A stretch of DNA of 64,000 nt, from contig NIVC01001811.1 of the NCBI GenBank assembly GCA_002269645.1, forward strand, positions 372,001 through 436,000. The letters are read 5' to 3'. Under the pieces are notes generated by a model. It was given only the letters and a program-made list of their open reading frames with translations, made no database searches and was not told the origin of the DNA. This document shows, piece by piece, positions 46,042-60,000 of the stretch. The translations under genes and the position numbers were made by a program. The DNA is from Macrostomum lignano. Its lineage: Eukaryota. Every line of letters begins with the position of its first letter. Position 1 is the stretch's first letter.

Positions 46042-49000
46042 ATGGCTCTTAACGTGAATCGCGAAATTAGCGACGACTTTTATCGCTACAAAATGCCCCG
46101 CCTGATTGCGAAAGTCGAAGGCAAAGGCAACGGCATTAAGACTGTCATTGTCAACATGCACGAGGTTGGCAAAGCGCTCTGCAGGCCGCCAATTTATCCA
46201 ACTAAATATTTCGGCGCCGAGCTGGGCGCCCAGACCCAGTTCGACCAGAAGAATGATCGCTATATTGTTAATGGGGCCCACGATGCCGAGAAGCTGCAGA
46301 CTATTCTAGATGGCTTTATTAAACGGTTTGTTGATTTTAATTATTGTTCTTGTTCAGGGAGGGGTTGTAACTATTTTGGTTATCCTACTAAATCGGCCTT
46401 CACATTTTTATTCCCTAATAGTACAACCAATAGCATTTTTTGACTAGCACGCGTGTAATTCCTTTTGATTCTTAATTAGCATCTCAGTAATTCCCCTAGT
46501 CTTAATTAGCACCTCAGTAATTCCCCTTGAGTCTTAATTAGCACCTCAGTAATTCCCCTTGAGTCTTAATTAGCACCTCAGTAATTCCCCTTGAGTCTTA
46601 ATTAGCACCTCAGTAATTCCCCTTGAGTCTTAATTAGCATCTCAGTAATCCCCCTTGAAGACCTAATTAGCATCTCAGTAATTCCCCTTGAGTCTTAATT
46701 AGCACCTCAGTAATTCCCCTTGAGTCTTAATTAGCACCTCAGTAATTCCCCTTGAGTCTTAATTAGCACCTCAGTAATTCCCCTTGAGTCTTAATTAGCA
46801 CCTCAGTAATTCCCCTTGAAGACCTAATTAGCATCTCAGTAATCCCCCTTGAAGACCTAATTAGCATCTCAGTAATCCCCCTTGAAGACCTAATTAGCAT
46901 CTCAGTAATCCCCCTTGAAGACCTAATTAGCATCTCAGTAATCCTCCTTGAGACCTAATTAGCATCTCAGTAATCCCCCTTGAAGACCTAATTAGCATCT
47001 CAGTAATCCCCCTTGAGATCTAATTAGCATCTCAGTAATTCCCCTTGAAGACCTAATTAGCATCTCAGTAATCCCCCTTGAGTCTTAATTAGCACCTCAG
47101 TAATTCCCCTTGAGTCTTAATTAGCATCTCAGTAATTCCCCTTGAAGACCTAATTAGCATCTCAGTAATCCCCCTTGAGACCTAATTAGCATCTCAGTAA
47201 TCCCCCTTGAAGACATAATTAGCATCTCAGTAATCCCCCTTGAGACCTAATTAGCATCTCAGTAATTCCCCTTGAGACCTAATTAGTATCTCAGTAATTC
47301 CCATTGAAACCTAATTAGTATCTCAGTAATTCCCCTTGAGACCTAATTAGCATCTCAGTAATTCCCCAAGAGCCTATAAGCCTCATTATCTGCAACACTA
47401 AACGCTCCGTCCCCCCCGCCGCATCAAACAGCTACGTACTGTGCTCGGAGTGCGAGAACCCCGAGACCGATCTGATTGTGAAGAGCCGCGGCAAGCAGGG
47501 CGAGCTGTACGCCAAATGCAAGGCCTGCGGCAGCACTGGCACCGTCGTGGACAACAGCCGCACCACCCAGTTCATTATTAAGAATCCGCCAGACGAGACT
47601 GGACTGGCCCTGGCCTCTAGCACCAAGTCCGGCGCCGGCGGCGGTAAAAAACAGCGCCGCGGAGGCGCCGGCGCCGACAAGCAGGCCGACCGCAGCCCGG
47701 AAGCCGGCAACAGCGACGAGAACGACGAGCAGCAGCAGAAGTTGATGGACGAAGAAGATGGCAATGAGATTGGCGGCGACGGATTCGATAGCGACAACGG
47801 CGAGTGGGAAGACGGCCCCGTCGGCGTTGAAGAACGAGTCGAAGAGCTGCCGGAATCGATCCGGCGCCTGATTGTCACCGAGGATCTGCTGCAGCTGACG
47901 CCGCAGGATAGGGCTGATCGGTGAGCGCCGCTTCTGCTATTTTTTTTCTAACTGTGCCTGATTTTCGACATTCTAAAATCCCAATTTGACAAACCTAAAT
48001 CCTAAAACTACAGTCGGGAAATCCCTATTCCATAATCCGAGAAATCCCAATTCCACCAACCGGGAAATCCCAATTCCACCATCCAGGAAATCCCAATTCC
48101 ACCATCCAGGAAATCCCAATTCCACCATCCGGGAAATCCCAATTCCACCATCCGGGAAATCCCAATTCCACCATCCGGGAAATCCCAATTCCACCATCCG
48201 GGAAATCCAAATTCCACCACCCGGGAAATCCCAATTCCACCACCCGGGAAATCCCAATTCCACCATCCGGGAAATCCCAATTCCACTACCCGGGAATTCC
48301 CAATTCCACTACCCGGGAAATCCCACTTCCACAATCCGGAAATTCCCAATTTCACAATCTAAAAAATCCCAATTCAACCATGCGGAAATCCTCAAAAAAT
48401 CAAATTTCAGCCAGGTAGCGAATGCTTTTAACTACTAAGCTTGATAATTTCAACTAAACCATAGGAAGCAATTGTTACTAGTTGCTATCCGGAAGTGTTG
48501 TCCAATAAAACAGATTTAAATAATCTTAATATTTCTGTGTTGCGTCAGTTAACTGTGCCTTTTTGCCATTCGGAGCAAGCTTTTAGCTGACTGTATGATT
48601 GACTGTCTCGACAAGAGACAAGACACTTCAGCAGTATTCGACTCCATGATTTATTACTTGGCTGGCTTTATTACTGATATTACCCTCAGCTTTTTTCTGC
48701 AGTTAAGATTTCCTATTATGGTTGTGTAGCTGCTGTTATCTGACAGTTGAGATTGTTCATTAATTTATATTGGAATATAGCTTGAGCAGGGTTTCAACTG
48801 TTAAATTGCGTATGCATAGTAGGGACTCAAACTATCAAATGTTAGGTAGGATAAATTAAGCACCTATCTGATGGCGCCAGAATACAAGGTAAGCATCTGA
48901 TGGCGCCAGAATGAGTCTCCGATGGCGCCAAAATGAGTCTCTGATGGCGCAAGACTTAGTATTCGATGGCGCCAAAATGAGTCTCCGATGGCGCCAGATT

Positions 49001-51362
49001 GAGCATCTGATGGCGCCAGAATGAGCATCTGATGACGCCAGAATGAGCATCTGATGACGCCAGAATGAGCATCTGATGACGCCAGAATGAGCATCTGATG
49101 ACGCCAGAATGAGCATCTGATGACGCCAGAATGAGCATCTGATGACGCCAGAATGAGCATCTGATGACGCCAGAATGAGCATCTGATGACGCCAGAATGA
49201 GCATCTGATGACGCCAGAATGAGCATCTGATGACGCCAGAATGAGCATCTGATGACGCCAGAATGAGCATCTGATGACGCCAGAATGAGCATCTGATGAC
49301 GCCAGAATGAGCATCTGATGGCGCCAGAATAAGTATTTGATGGCGCCAGAATCTAAGAGGTCACAATATCGCCGATTAGAGCTAGGCTACATTTCAATGC
49401 TTACACAGAGAATTCCTCTCGTTCAGATATCCCATTTTCCGGCTCCTACCCCCTCCCAGATTCCACAAGATGCTGAGCGACAAGCTGGCCTCAGGATTCA
49501 CCAAGGACACACCGCAGGAGCTGCTTCAAGAGGCCGACAGGCTAGACATTCGCGACAAAGCTGTCGTTGTAGTCGCCGAAGTGCTGCTAAACAACCCCGG
49601 CACCCTGGCCGCCGACATCACCAAGAAGTACAGGTCCGTGTTCCTGGCCTTCACCAATGGCAATCCGCGCTCGCAGAAATATCTTATCGGGGCTGTGGAA
49701 TCGCTGGTCCAGCGCTACAAAGACGCTCTGCTGGATGCCAAGCGGATTCCTAATCTATTGAACGCTTTCTACAATGCCGACCTGCTGTCCGAGGAGACGC
49801 TGATCGAGTGGGCCGACAAAGGGGTAAAAGACAAGTTTGCGCTGTATTTCTCTGCTAATTTTTTTGCTAGTTAAAAAAATGAAAATAACCCAGTGCTTGT
49901 CTCTCTCTGCCTATTCTAGGTCAGAGATAAGCTTGGTGTTCTGTCTGTCCTCTTAGTGTAATTTTGCTGCGTTAAATTTAGAATCACGTGGTTTGTAGCC
50001 AAAACCTCGCTCTAGTGACGCACGCTCGCTATTTTTAAAAGCATTTTTAAGCAACTGCGAGTATACTGTAGACTAAAATGGAATTTTAGGCTCTGTGTAA
50101 TTGTAAAATATTCAGCAGTTTCTTCTAGGTAATTGACTTTCAGATATTTTTGCGTATTCTTTTTATTGCTGTTTCTTGGAAAAGCAGCTAGAGGTTTCTT
50201 TAGGTTTAATCTGGCAAGGCGGCCCAGCAACTGAGGATCTGGGAGGCTGGTGGCCCAACAACTGAGGATCTGGGAGGTTGGTGGCCCAACAACTGAGGAT
50301 CTGGGAGGCTGGTGGCCCAACAACTGAGGATCTGGGAGGCTGGTGGCCCAACAACTGAGGATCTGGGAGGCTGGTGGTCCAGCAACTGAGGATCTGGGAG
50401 GCTGGTGGCCCAACAACTGAGGATCTGGGAGGCTGGTGGCCCAACAACTGAGGATCTGGGAGGCTGGTGGCCCAACAACTGAGGATCTGGGAGGCTGGTG
50501 GTCCAGTAACTGAGGATCTGGGAGGCTGGTGGCCCAGCAGCTGAGGATCTGGGGGGCTGGCCCAGCAACTGAGGATCTGGGAGGCTGGTGGCCCAGCAGC
50601 TGAGGATCTGGGGGGCTGGCCCAGCAACTGAGGATCTGGGAGGCTGGTGGTCCAGTAACTGAGGATCTGGGAGGCTGGTGGCCCAGCAGCTGAGGATCTG
50701 GGGGGCTGGCCCAGCAACTGAGGATCTGGGAGGCTGGTGGTCCAGTAACTGAGGATCTGGGGGGCTGGCCCAGCAACTGAGGATCTGGGAGGCTGGCCCA
50801 GCAACTGAGAATCTGGGAGGCTGGCCCAGCAACTGAGGATCTGGGAGGCTGGCCCAGCAACTGAGGATCTGGGAGGCTGGGGTGGCAGATGGGGGAGTTT
50901 ATGCCAAGCATTCTCCATAGGATAATCGCAATGATGAAAGCATTACGCCAATTCAAGTGTCCAGGCCTATGAGTCTGCCATGATCTGTTTACACGAGTCC
51001 TGAGCTTATCCTATATAATCACCTCTGTTTGCCTTCATACGCTGCTAATCCTTCTAAATGTCTCCCTCTCTGCCTGCACATTTTGTTTTATTCAGCCAAC
51101 CAAGCGTCACACTGGCGACCGGAAGCTGAGCAAGCAGATCCACGAGCTGGCCAAGCCCTTCATCACCTGGCTGAAAACTGCCGACGTTGAGTCCAGCGAC
51201 GAGGATGAGGAGGAGGAGGAGGAGCAGCAGAAGCCGGAGCAGAAGCCAAAAGCTAACGGAGCCGCTGCTGGCAAGCCGGTGGAGAAGTCCCAGCAGCAGC
51301 AGGCCAAGCAGGCGGCAGTGGAAGAAGATAACGAATCCGATGTGGACATCGACAACATCTAA
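46042..51362 (+). CDS. EIF5: Eukaryotic translation initiation factor 5, 467 aa
   Basis: Exons 46042-46325, 47432-47920, 49460-49823 and 51096-51362 (1404 nt, in frame). Motifs [18 protein letters not shown]-x2-C..C-x2-C zinc ribbon, W2 domain PFITWLKTA and acidic tail DIDNI. Confidence 0.97.
46474..47368. repeat. 32-33-bp minisatellite in EIF5 intron 1 (TTAATTAGCACCTCAGTAATTCCCCTTGAGTC)
   Basis: About 27 copies in two unit variants. Confidence 0.96.
48014..48345. repeat. 23-bp minisatellite in EIF5 intron 2 (GGGAAATCCCAATTCCACCATCC)
   Basis: About 14 copies. Confidence 0.95.
48878..49350. repeat. 22-bp minisatellite in EIF5 intron 2 (GCATCTGATGACGCCAGAATGA)
   Basis: About 21 copies with a homogeneous core. 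Confidence 0.96.
50219..50880. repeat. 28/32-bp minisatellite in EIF5 intron 3, reverse complement of the ZFYVE1 intron 2 unit
   Basis: GGCCCAGCAACTGAGGATCTGGGAGGCT, with or without an extra GGT(G). Confidence 0.95.
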
Positions 51363-52347
51363 TTAATCATTAATAATATTAATATAAACAGTGATAATAT
51401 AACGATACTACTAATACTAAATAAGTAGTTCCTCCTAGCCGGACATTTTTGCTGGGGAATTTTTTTGGTGTCGGGTATCTACGATTATAATCAATAATAC
51501 TCCTTTGTTAAAAAACGATTTATATACATACTCGCTGCACTAACTCGCTATCTGTCTGTTTTTTTGTTATTTATTTACATCGTTTTTTGTGTTATTTTCT
51601 TTCGCCTCATAATTAATACGGCCCCGCCAACCCCAGTTAAGATAAATCAGTTAATTAGCTGTTGCGCTCCTAGTGTAGTGTTTGAACATCGCAGTGAGTT
51701 GAACATTTGCGTTTTTGCGTTGTCCGGTCTGATACATAAACTATCCTGCATAACGAGCTGTATTTATCTATGAGTACAGTTACCCTGGAAACTGATTTTC
51801 CAGCTTCTTTGTCATTTCATTCTGTATTTTTATTGGCTATTGATAATACTATAATTAAACTTTATCCAGACCAGAAAGCATCCGGGTAAAACTTTTGTTT
51901 TTGTTTTTACAATTTATTTAAATAACATGCCTACAGACTACTGTCAGTAGGACAGAAGAGAAAAATATTAATAAATGTTCAAAATATACTCGGTCGCTTT
52001 CTGAATTTGTTTCCCCAAAACCAACTCTGCACTGAATGCCTGTTATTTCTTTAATGTCGTTTAACTTGCACCGCCCGTTAATCCTCTAATTTTGTGTTGT
52101 GAGCGCTCGATTTTGAATTTCCAAACACTAGTTTGTCCGAATCATTCTGCTCTAAGTAGTAAGTAGGCTTTGCTGCCTAGGCAACTCTTGAACGAGCCCT
52201 GATGGCCTGAATACCCTCAAAAATTTATTTATCAATAAACTCTCAGTCTCCGTGTGATTTGAAAAAAAACATCTGCTTCTTTTTGTCAGCTAAAATTTAA
52301 AAACTTTATTGACTTGTTTAGTGTCTCATTTCATTTTTACTTTGACG

Positions 52348-52630
52348 TCACTAAGTTCACAAACCATTGGGTCAGCAAGTTCACAAACCATTGGGTCAGT
52401 GAGGTCACAAACCATTGGGTCAGCAAGTTCACAAACCATTGGGTCAACAAGTTCACAAACCATTGGGTCAGTGAGGTCACAAACCATTGGGTCAGCAAGT
52501 TCACAAACCATTGGGTCAACAAGTTCACAAACCATTGGGTCAGCAAGTTCACAAACCATTGGGTCAGTGAGGTCACAAACCATTGGGTCAGCAAGGTCAC
52601 AAACCATTGGGTCAGTAGGTTCACAAACCA
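52348..52630. repeat. 24-bp minisatellite (TCACAAACCATTGGGTCAGCAAGT) downstream of EIF5
   Basis: About 12 copies. Confidence 0.95.
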
Positions 52631-53282
52631 GAAATAAAATTTTATTTCTTAATTTTGAAATAGAAAATCAATAATCAAAATCAAGGACAAAAAATGAATT
52701 TTATTCTTTTGCGTGAGTTGCATTATCAAAGCCTATTATGACCTAACTTGTATGTATTGTACAGTAATTAATGATTAATTACATAGGTAGGGTTTTACAT
52801 CAATAGAAACAAACAGCATCAGAATACTGCAGGACCAGCCATTTTGCACAATGCGGAGATGCAGTTGTGAGCTGAGTTATACAGCAATTAAAAGAATCCA
52901 GTTTGGCACACGCTAATTAAAGATACGTTAAAAAACGAATGTTGAATAGTAATTAGCATAAGACCATAAGTAGTGGGGTCTATACGGCTTCAATTTGATT
53001 AATCGCATAAGAGTGAGTACTAAAAGCTGGCTAAGACCTGCTTAGCGTGTGGACACGAGGCTAAGGTATTTTACATGCAATTAGTACATTTAGTCTTGTA
53101 GAAATGTATCTACAGCCCTTAAAAGGGCCGCTTTACAACAGACATCAGTGTATTTTTGTTAGAAACTTGCGTAAAAATAATTCCTCATTGATTGATTTCT
53201 TATACTCGTATGGAAGCAGATCGTCTAGCAAAAATAACAGATACTAGTAGAATTACTGGATATACCACTCGCAATAGAAGGG

Positions 53283-53830
53283 AAAAATAGAGCGCCTACT
53301 GATCTTTCAGAAGTTGTCTTCTGCTCAGTGTAACTTACGAGCGTAATTTAAATGAAATGAAACAGCTAGAATTTCCTTTCTTTCCTCGGGGTTTTTTGTC
53401 GCCTCAGGAGCATATGGGGTTAAGAATGAGCAAGCATTTAATTCGATGTACACAAATGAACGCCAGACGGACGAAGCTCAGCCTTTGGGGAAGGCCCTAT
53501 CTAGCTCAGCCAATGAGAGAGAAGTAAGGAGAGAGATCAAAGTCAGACGAACGAAAATCAGCCTGGGAAAAGGCCCAATCTGGCTCAGCCAATGAGAGAG
53601 CAGTAAGGAGAGAGATCAAAGTCAGACGAACGAAAATCAGCCTGGGAAAAGGCCTAATCTGGCTCAGCCAATGAAAGAGCAGTAAGGAGAGAGGTCAAAG
53701 GCAGTTGTTTATCGGCCTGGCTGGGGGGCCACCCTTTTTCTCACTTGCCCACTGTGCACACGAACTAGATTTTGGGTTATTTAAGCTTTCCTGCTACAAT
53801 CTTCAGACTTCAGTCTGGAGTCGGTAGAAC
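53283..53830. repeat. Dispersed repeat, copy 2, with three internal 79-bp units
   Basis: Homologous to 36040-36650. Confidence 0.85.
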
Positions 53831-54158
53831 AGGATTTAATGAAATAAACTGTTATAAAGACAAACAACACTAATCTTGCTACTGAAAAGAGTAGACAAGC
53901 GCATTTTTGCGAATCACATATCTGGTTATTCTTCTAGGGTATCTGTAGCTCAACCCCTCAAACCGCGTCACTCTAACTGCATAGAGAAACCGTTATTAAA
54001 GCTTCATCTATTTACTATGGTACATGAAACGAAAATCGGTCTGAGATTTCCATTACTTTTCTATCTTTGATTGTTGATGCTGTAAATGTACACACAGAAT
54101 GTTAATTTATTAACTTCTGTTAATTCTTTAATTCTTAATTTATAATTCTTTAGAATCC

Positions 54159-54596
54159 TCACGAATCCCCTTCATCCTCTTCCCGATCGTGCTGCTGCTG
54201 TCCAAATCTGACGCCACGGCCTCCGCTAGCAACTCCCCGATTCATATAGTAAGCCAGCATGGAGTACAGCAGCGGCATGCCCTGGCAGCTGGGATCTTCG
54301 CGCAAGTTCAACTCTCTGGACAGCAGGCTGCGGCTCAGCCGGGCCTGCGGTTGTCCGCTCTCGGCCGCCAGCACCGATGCCGCATTGGAGTACTCGTAGA
54401 ACTCCAGGTATTCTCGAATTAATTCGTTAATCAGCAGGTTCTCGTTGGACAGTCCGGGTCGCTGCTGGCCAGACGGCCGCGGCTCCTCGAGAGAGCGATA
54501 GATCTCAGCCCTGAGACTGGCCCTGATGTCTTGCAGGACTCCACGCGATTCCAAATTCTCTTTCAATGCCGATTTCAATTCGTCAACGGATGCCAT
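54159..54596 (-). CDS. CEP20: CEP20/FOPNL (FOR20) LisH-domain centrosomal protein, intronless, 145 aa
   Basis: MASVDELKSALKENLESRGVL..RAEI..LSNENLLINELIREYLEF..SVLAAESGQP..PLLYSML matches the recalled FOPNL N-terminus and LisH domain. Confidence 0.92.
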   Translation of the reverse strand: MASVDELKSALKENLESRGVLQDIRASLRAEIYRSLEEPRPSGQQRPGLSNENLLINELIREYLEFYEYSNAASVLAAESGQPQARLSRSLLSRELNLREDPSCQGMPLLYSMLAYYMNRGVASGGRGVRFGQQQHDREEDEGDS

Positions 54597-55067
54597 TTGA
54601 TCAAGTGGGGGCTTTTTTGAGATTTTTATCTTTAAATAGCCTATTGCACTACAGAAACAAGTAGAAACGAGCGATTTTTATGGTCAAATTTGAAGATTTA
54701 AAAAAACTAAAACTTTAAAAAGTAGCCTAAATTAAAGAAAAAACTCATAAACACGGATGATGTTGTACAAATCTGAAATAATTTTTCTCTCAGGTAATCT
54801 TTATTCGAATTACATACTTACAAAACAAATTATTGTACAAATCAATTAGGCAATCTTTGCTAGACAGATATGCACGCATCATGGAATCATGCTTTGGCAG
54901 TGGCGCAGCTAAAAAGTATTTATTATTACTTATATAACTTTCAGAGAAAAAATATTTGTGTACATGATTTTTGTTTTGTGGCTCTCGAAACTTAAACTGG
55001 ATAGCTTATGCACTAACAGTAGTAACCTCACTCAATTTAAACGTGTACCTCTAATCAAAGAAGAGAA

Positions 55068-55585
<518 letters not shown>

Positions 55586-55903
55586 TTCCCAAGCTGCAAA
55601 TTACCCAATATACTGCCAGCACATGCCAGATCAAAGTGCAAAAAGACACGGTAGGCCCATTGTAAAAAAACAGAAAATATGGAATCTGTCAATAATAATG
55701 AGTACATTTAGACGCAACAGATGACTCGCAGTCAAACAGTGCCTATTATTATTGGAGGTAGTAATCAATGATTTCTATTCGCAAAATAAATCAGTACAGT
55801 ACTTTAAGTTTGAATTGCTTGTGATTTGCAAAACCAATGCTTGGTTTGAATTTGATTAATAGAAAAAATTCAGAGACCATAAGGTAATAAAATTATTAAT
55901 TAT

Positions 55904-56793
55904 TCATCTATTTAAGTTGGTGAATAGACTCAAGTCATGCTCAGTCATGCTCAGCGACACTGCCGGGCCCGTCGATGCCCAAGCTAACCTCGTATCCATC
56001 GTTGTCCTTGCCATCGATTTCAATGACCACTGCTTGGCGACCGTAGCGACGCTTGAAGTGCGAGTAGCAGCTGGTGGGGGGGTGGAGAGCAATGATGGTT
56101 TCTCTGATTTGTGGTAATTGATACGGTATTGATAAGAACGCACGTCTGAATCTTCAGATAGGTTCATTCTGAAACCCTACCTCAAGGGGTGCTGCTCTCC
56201 TGGGAACTTCGTGAGCTGAGAACCTCATGAGCTGGGAATCTCATGAGCTGGGAATCTCATGAGCTGGGAATTTCATGAGCTGGGAATTCCATGAGCTGGG
56301 AACCTCATGAGCTGGGAATTCCATGAGCTGGGAACCTCATGAGCTGGGAATTCCATGAGCTGGGAACCTCATGAGCTGGGAATTCCATGAGCTGGGAATC
56401 TCATGAGCTGGGACTTTCATGAGCTGGGAATCTCATGAGCTGGGAACTTCATAAGCTGGGAACTTCATGAACTTCATGAGCAGTTAGCTCAGAGGCCTGC
56501 ATCCCAAATTAGCTTCAATCCCACTCAGCTCACCCAACGCAAACGGCGCTCAGCACAATCCAGAGGGCCAGCACGAAGAACACGAAGCCTTGAAAGCTGG
56601 CCACGGTGCCCGCGTAGACTGCGTTGGTGACCGTGCCGGCGAACAGGGATGCGAATACCTGGATGAAGGCCACCGCCCCGAATGCCGCGCCTGTGGTGGG
56701 GTGGTGGGGTAGATGGTTAACAGGGACACTGGGACAGACAGACACACAGACAGACACACACACAGACAGACAGACAGACAGACACACAGACAC

Positions 56794-56824
<31 letters not shown>

Positions 56825-56825
56825 C

Positions 56826-56876
<51 letters not shown>

Positions 56877-56905
56877 CACAGACAGACAGACAGACAGACA
56901 GACAC

Positions 56906-56936
<31 letters not shown>

Positions 56937-56937
56937 C

Positions 56938-56992
<55 letters not shown>

Positions 56993-56998
56993 CACAGA

Positions 56999-57051
<53 letters not shown>

Positions 57052-60000
57052 CACAGAAGACAGACAGACAGACACACAGACACACAGACAGACAGACAGA
57101 CACACAGACTCACCCTGCTCAGTGGCGGTGACAGACTTGGACAGCATGGCCCGCAGCATGGTGGACGGCAGTTTGGACAGCAGGCCGGCAACTCGAGCTA
57201 CAAAATAGAAACAGAAAATCTAGTTGGTTTTCAATCGAACTCAGCCCTCAAAAGATTAAGATAAGCAGGTACACAAATCAGTGCTCACACAGGTACAGAG
57301 TGATGTCATCGAAGGGCGGCGGGAACAGGAAGGCCACCCCGAACACCGCGTTCTGAACAGCGCTGGATGCCAAACCAATCGAAGCCAAAAAAGTGTCCGT
57401 CACCCGGGACCTCAGCAGGCCCAGCACCAGGACGAAGACTATCTGATCGGCCACTGAGCTGGCAGCGATGAAGTAGCCCAGCTTCTCCGCATTCCAGCAG
57501 AACGGCAGGCCCAGCAGGTACAGCGTGTTGACGCCGAAAGCTAAGAACGACAACGACAAGAAAAAGAATGCAACAATGAGGGAGATGAGGATTTTTGCTC
57601 GCCGCCAGTTCGAGTTGAACAGGCGCATTGTGCCCGACAGCAGGTCGGTGAACCGACGCCAGGTCAGCGGCTCCGCCGACACGATGCCCAACTGGCGTCG
57701 GCGAAGGCTTCCAGGCGAAGTTTCCGGTACGAAGCAGAGGAACGGCACAATGCTGAGCGTCATGACGACGGCGAATGCGATGACGGGCTCGCGAAATCCC
57801 CGGGTTCGAATCCACACGCCGACGGTCAGCTCGGAGACGCTGATGCAGACGGTGAACACGGCTTCGGCGATGCCGATGTACAGCGCTCGGGAGCTTGGCG
57901 CTGTCATGTCCGCCACCATCGCGAACACGGAGGCCAGCATGGAGGCGAAGCTGCCGCCCAGGCCTCGGTGAGTGAGAAAAAGATGGGGATATGCGGCATT
58001 CTGCAGTGTGTTTTGGCACCCACTGAAGCTTCAGGAGGGAGGGGGCAGCGGCACCCACTGAACCTTCAGGAGTGAGGGGGCAGCGGCACCCACTGAACCT
58101 TCAGGAGGGAGGGGGCAGCGGCACCCACTGAACCTTCAGGAGTGAGGGGGCAGCGGCACCCACTGAACCTTCAGGAGGGAGGGGGCAGCGGCACCCACTG
58201 AACCTTCAGGAGGGAGGGGGCAGCGGCACCCACTGAACCTTCAGGAGGGAGGGGGCAGCGGCACCCACTGAACCTTCAGGAGGGAGGGGGCAGCGGCACC
58301 CACTGAACCTTCAGGAATGAGGGAGGGGCAGCGGCACCCACTGAAGCTTCAGGAATGAGGGAGGGGTAGCGGCACCCACTGAACCTTCAGGAATGAGGGA
58401 GGGGCAGCGGCACCCATTGAACCTTCAGGAGGGAGGGGGCAGCGGCACCCACTGAACCTTCAGGAGGGAGGGGGCAGCGGCACCCACTGAACCTTCAGGA
58501 ATGAGGGAGGGGTAGCGGCACCCACTGAACCTTCAGGAGGGAGGGGGCAGCGGCACCCACTGAACCTTCAGGAGGGAGGGGGCAGCGGCACCCACTGAAC
58601 CTTCAGGAGGGAGGGGCAGCGGCACCCACTGAAGCTTCAGGAATGAAGGAGGGGCAGCGGCACCCACTGAACCTTCAGGAGGGAGGGGCAGCGGCACCCA
58701 CTGAAGCTTCAGGAATGAGGGAGAGGCAGCGGCACCCACTGAAGCTTGAGGAGGAGAGGGGCAGCGGCACCCACTGAAGCTTCAGGAATGAAGGAGGGGC
58801 AGCGGCACCCACTGAACCTTCAGGAGGGAGGGGCAGCGGCACCCACTGAAGCTTCAGGAATGAAGGAGGGGCAGCGGCACCCACTGAAGCTTCAGGGATG
58901 GAGGGGCAGCGGCACCCACTGAAGCTTCAGGAGGGGAGGGGCAGCGGCACCCACTGAAGCTTCAGGAAGTCACTGTAGCTTCAGGAAGGCACTGTAGCTT
59001 CAGGAAGGCACTGTAGCTTCAGGACAAGGGAGCATTGGCAATCACTGAAGCTTCAGGAAGGCACTGTAGCTTCAGGAAGGCACTGAAGCTTCAGGACAAG
59101 GGAGCATTGGCAATCACTGAAGCTTCAGGAAGGCACTGTAGCTTCAGGAAGGCACTGAAGCTTCAGGACAAGGGAGCATTGGCAATCACTGAAGCTTCAG
59201 GAAGGGATAGCGGCATCCACTGAAGGCATAGAAGACAGCTAAAAGCACTCACCAGACACAAGCGACGACAGGATCAGCCACTCCAGCGGCAGATCCAGCA
59301 GCACCACAAGCACGTGAATAACAAAGGACACAAAAGTGGTGCACCAGGGCACAAACATGGAAGTTTTGCGGCCCCATCTATCGGAGAAAGCGCTTAATAG
59401 AAAGACAGAGAACAGGCTTGGAATGCCCTGCGCCAGTGAAGTGTACAGACTGAGCTTGGCGCTGCGCTCTTGCGCAATGGCTGCCCGTCTGCGAAGGTCT
59501 TGAGTTGCGTTCGACACGCCTTTGCACTGCGATGAGTCCGTGTTCCTACCAGCGTCCTCGATGCCCACCTCCGCGGCATATCTGTTTGTTTGAGAATTTT
59601 ATTAATAATTATTGTTATTAAAATGCGAAATCCCACAAACAGGAATAGGAATCTCACGGTCTGGGTTTGGAATCTCATAGTCTGGGTTTGGAATCTCATA
59701 GTCTAGAGTTGGAATCTCATTGTCTGGAATTGGAATCTCATGGTTTCGGATTGAAATCTCATTGTCTGGAATTGGAATCTCATGGTTTCGGATTGAAATC
59801 TCATTGTCTGGAATTGGAATCTCATGGTTTCGGATTGAAATCTCATTGTCTGGAATTGGAATCTCATGGTTTCGGATTGAAATCTCATTGTCTGGAATTG
59901 GAATCTCATGGTTTCGGATTGAAATCTCATTGTCTGGAATTGGAATCTCATAGTCTGGAGTTGGAATCTCATAGTGTGGAGTTGGAATCTTATGGTTTCG

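Noticed and set aside
57961-57975. Perfect plus-strand donor (CG|GTGAGT) opposite the SLC46 acceptor, hinting at an antisense gene
   Set aside because: The plus-strand ORF 57525..57971 is a shadow of the transporter exon and has no partner exons.
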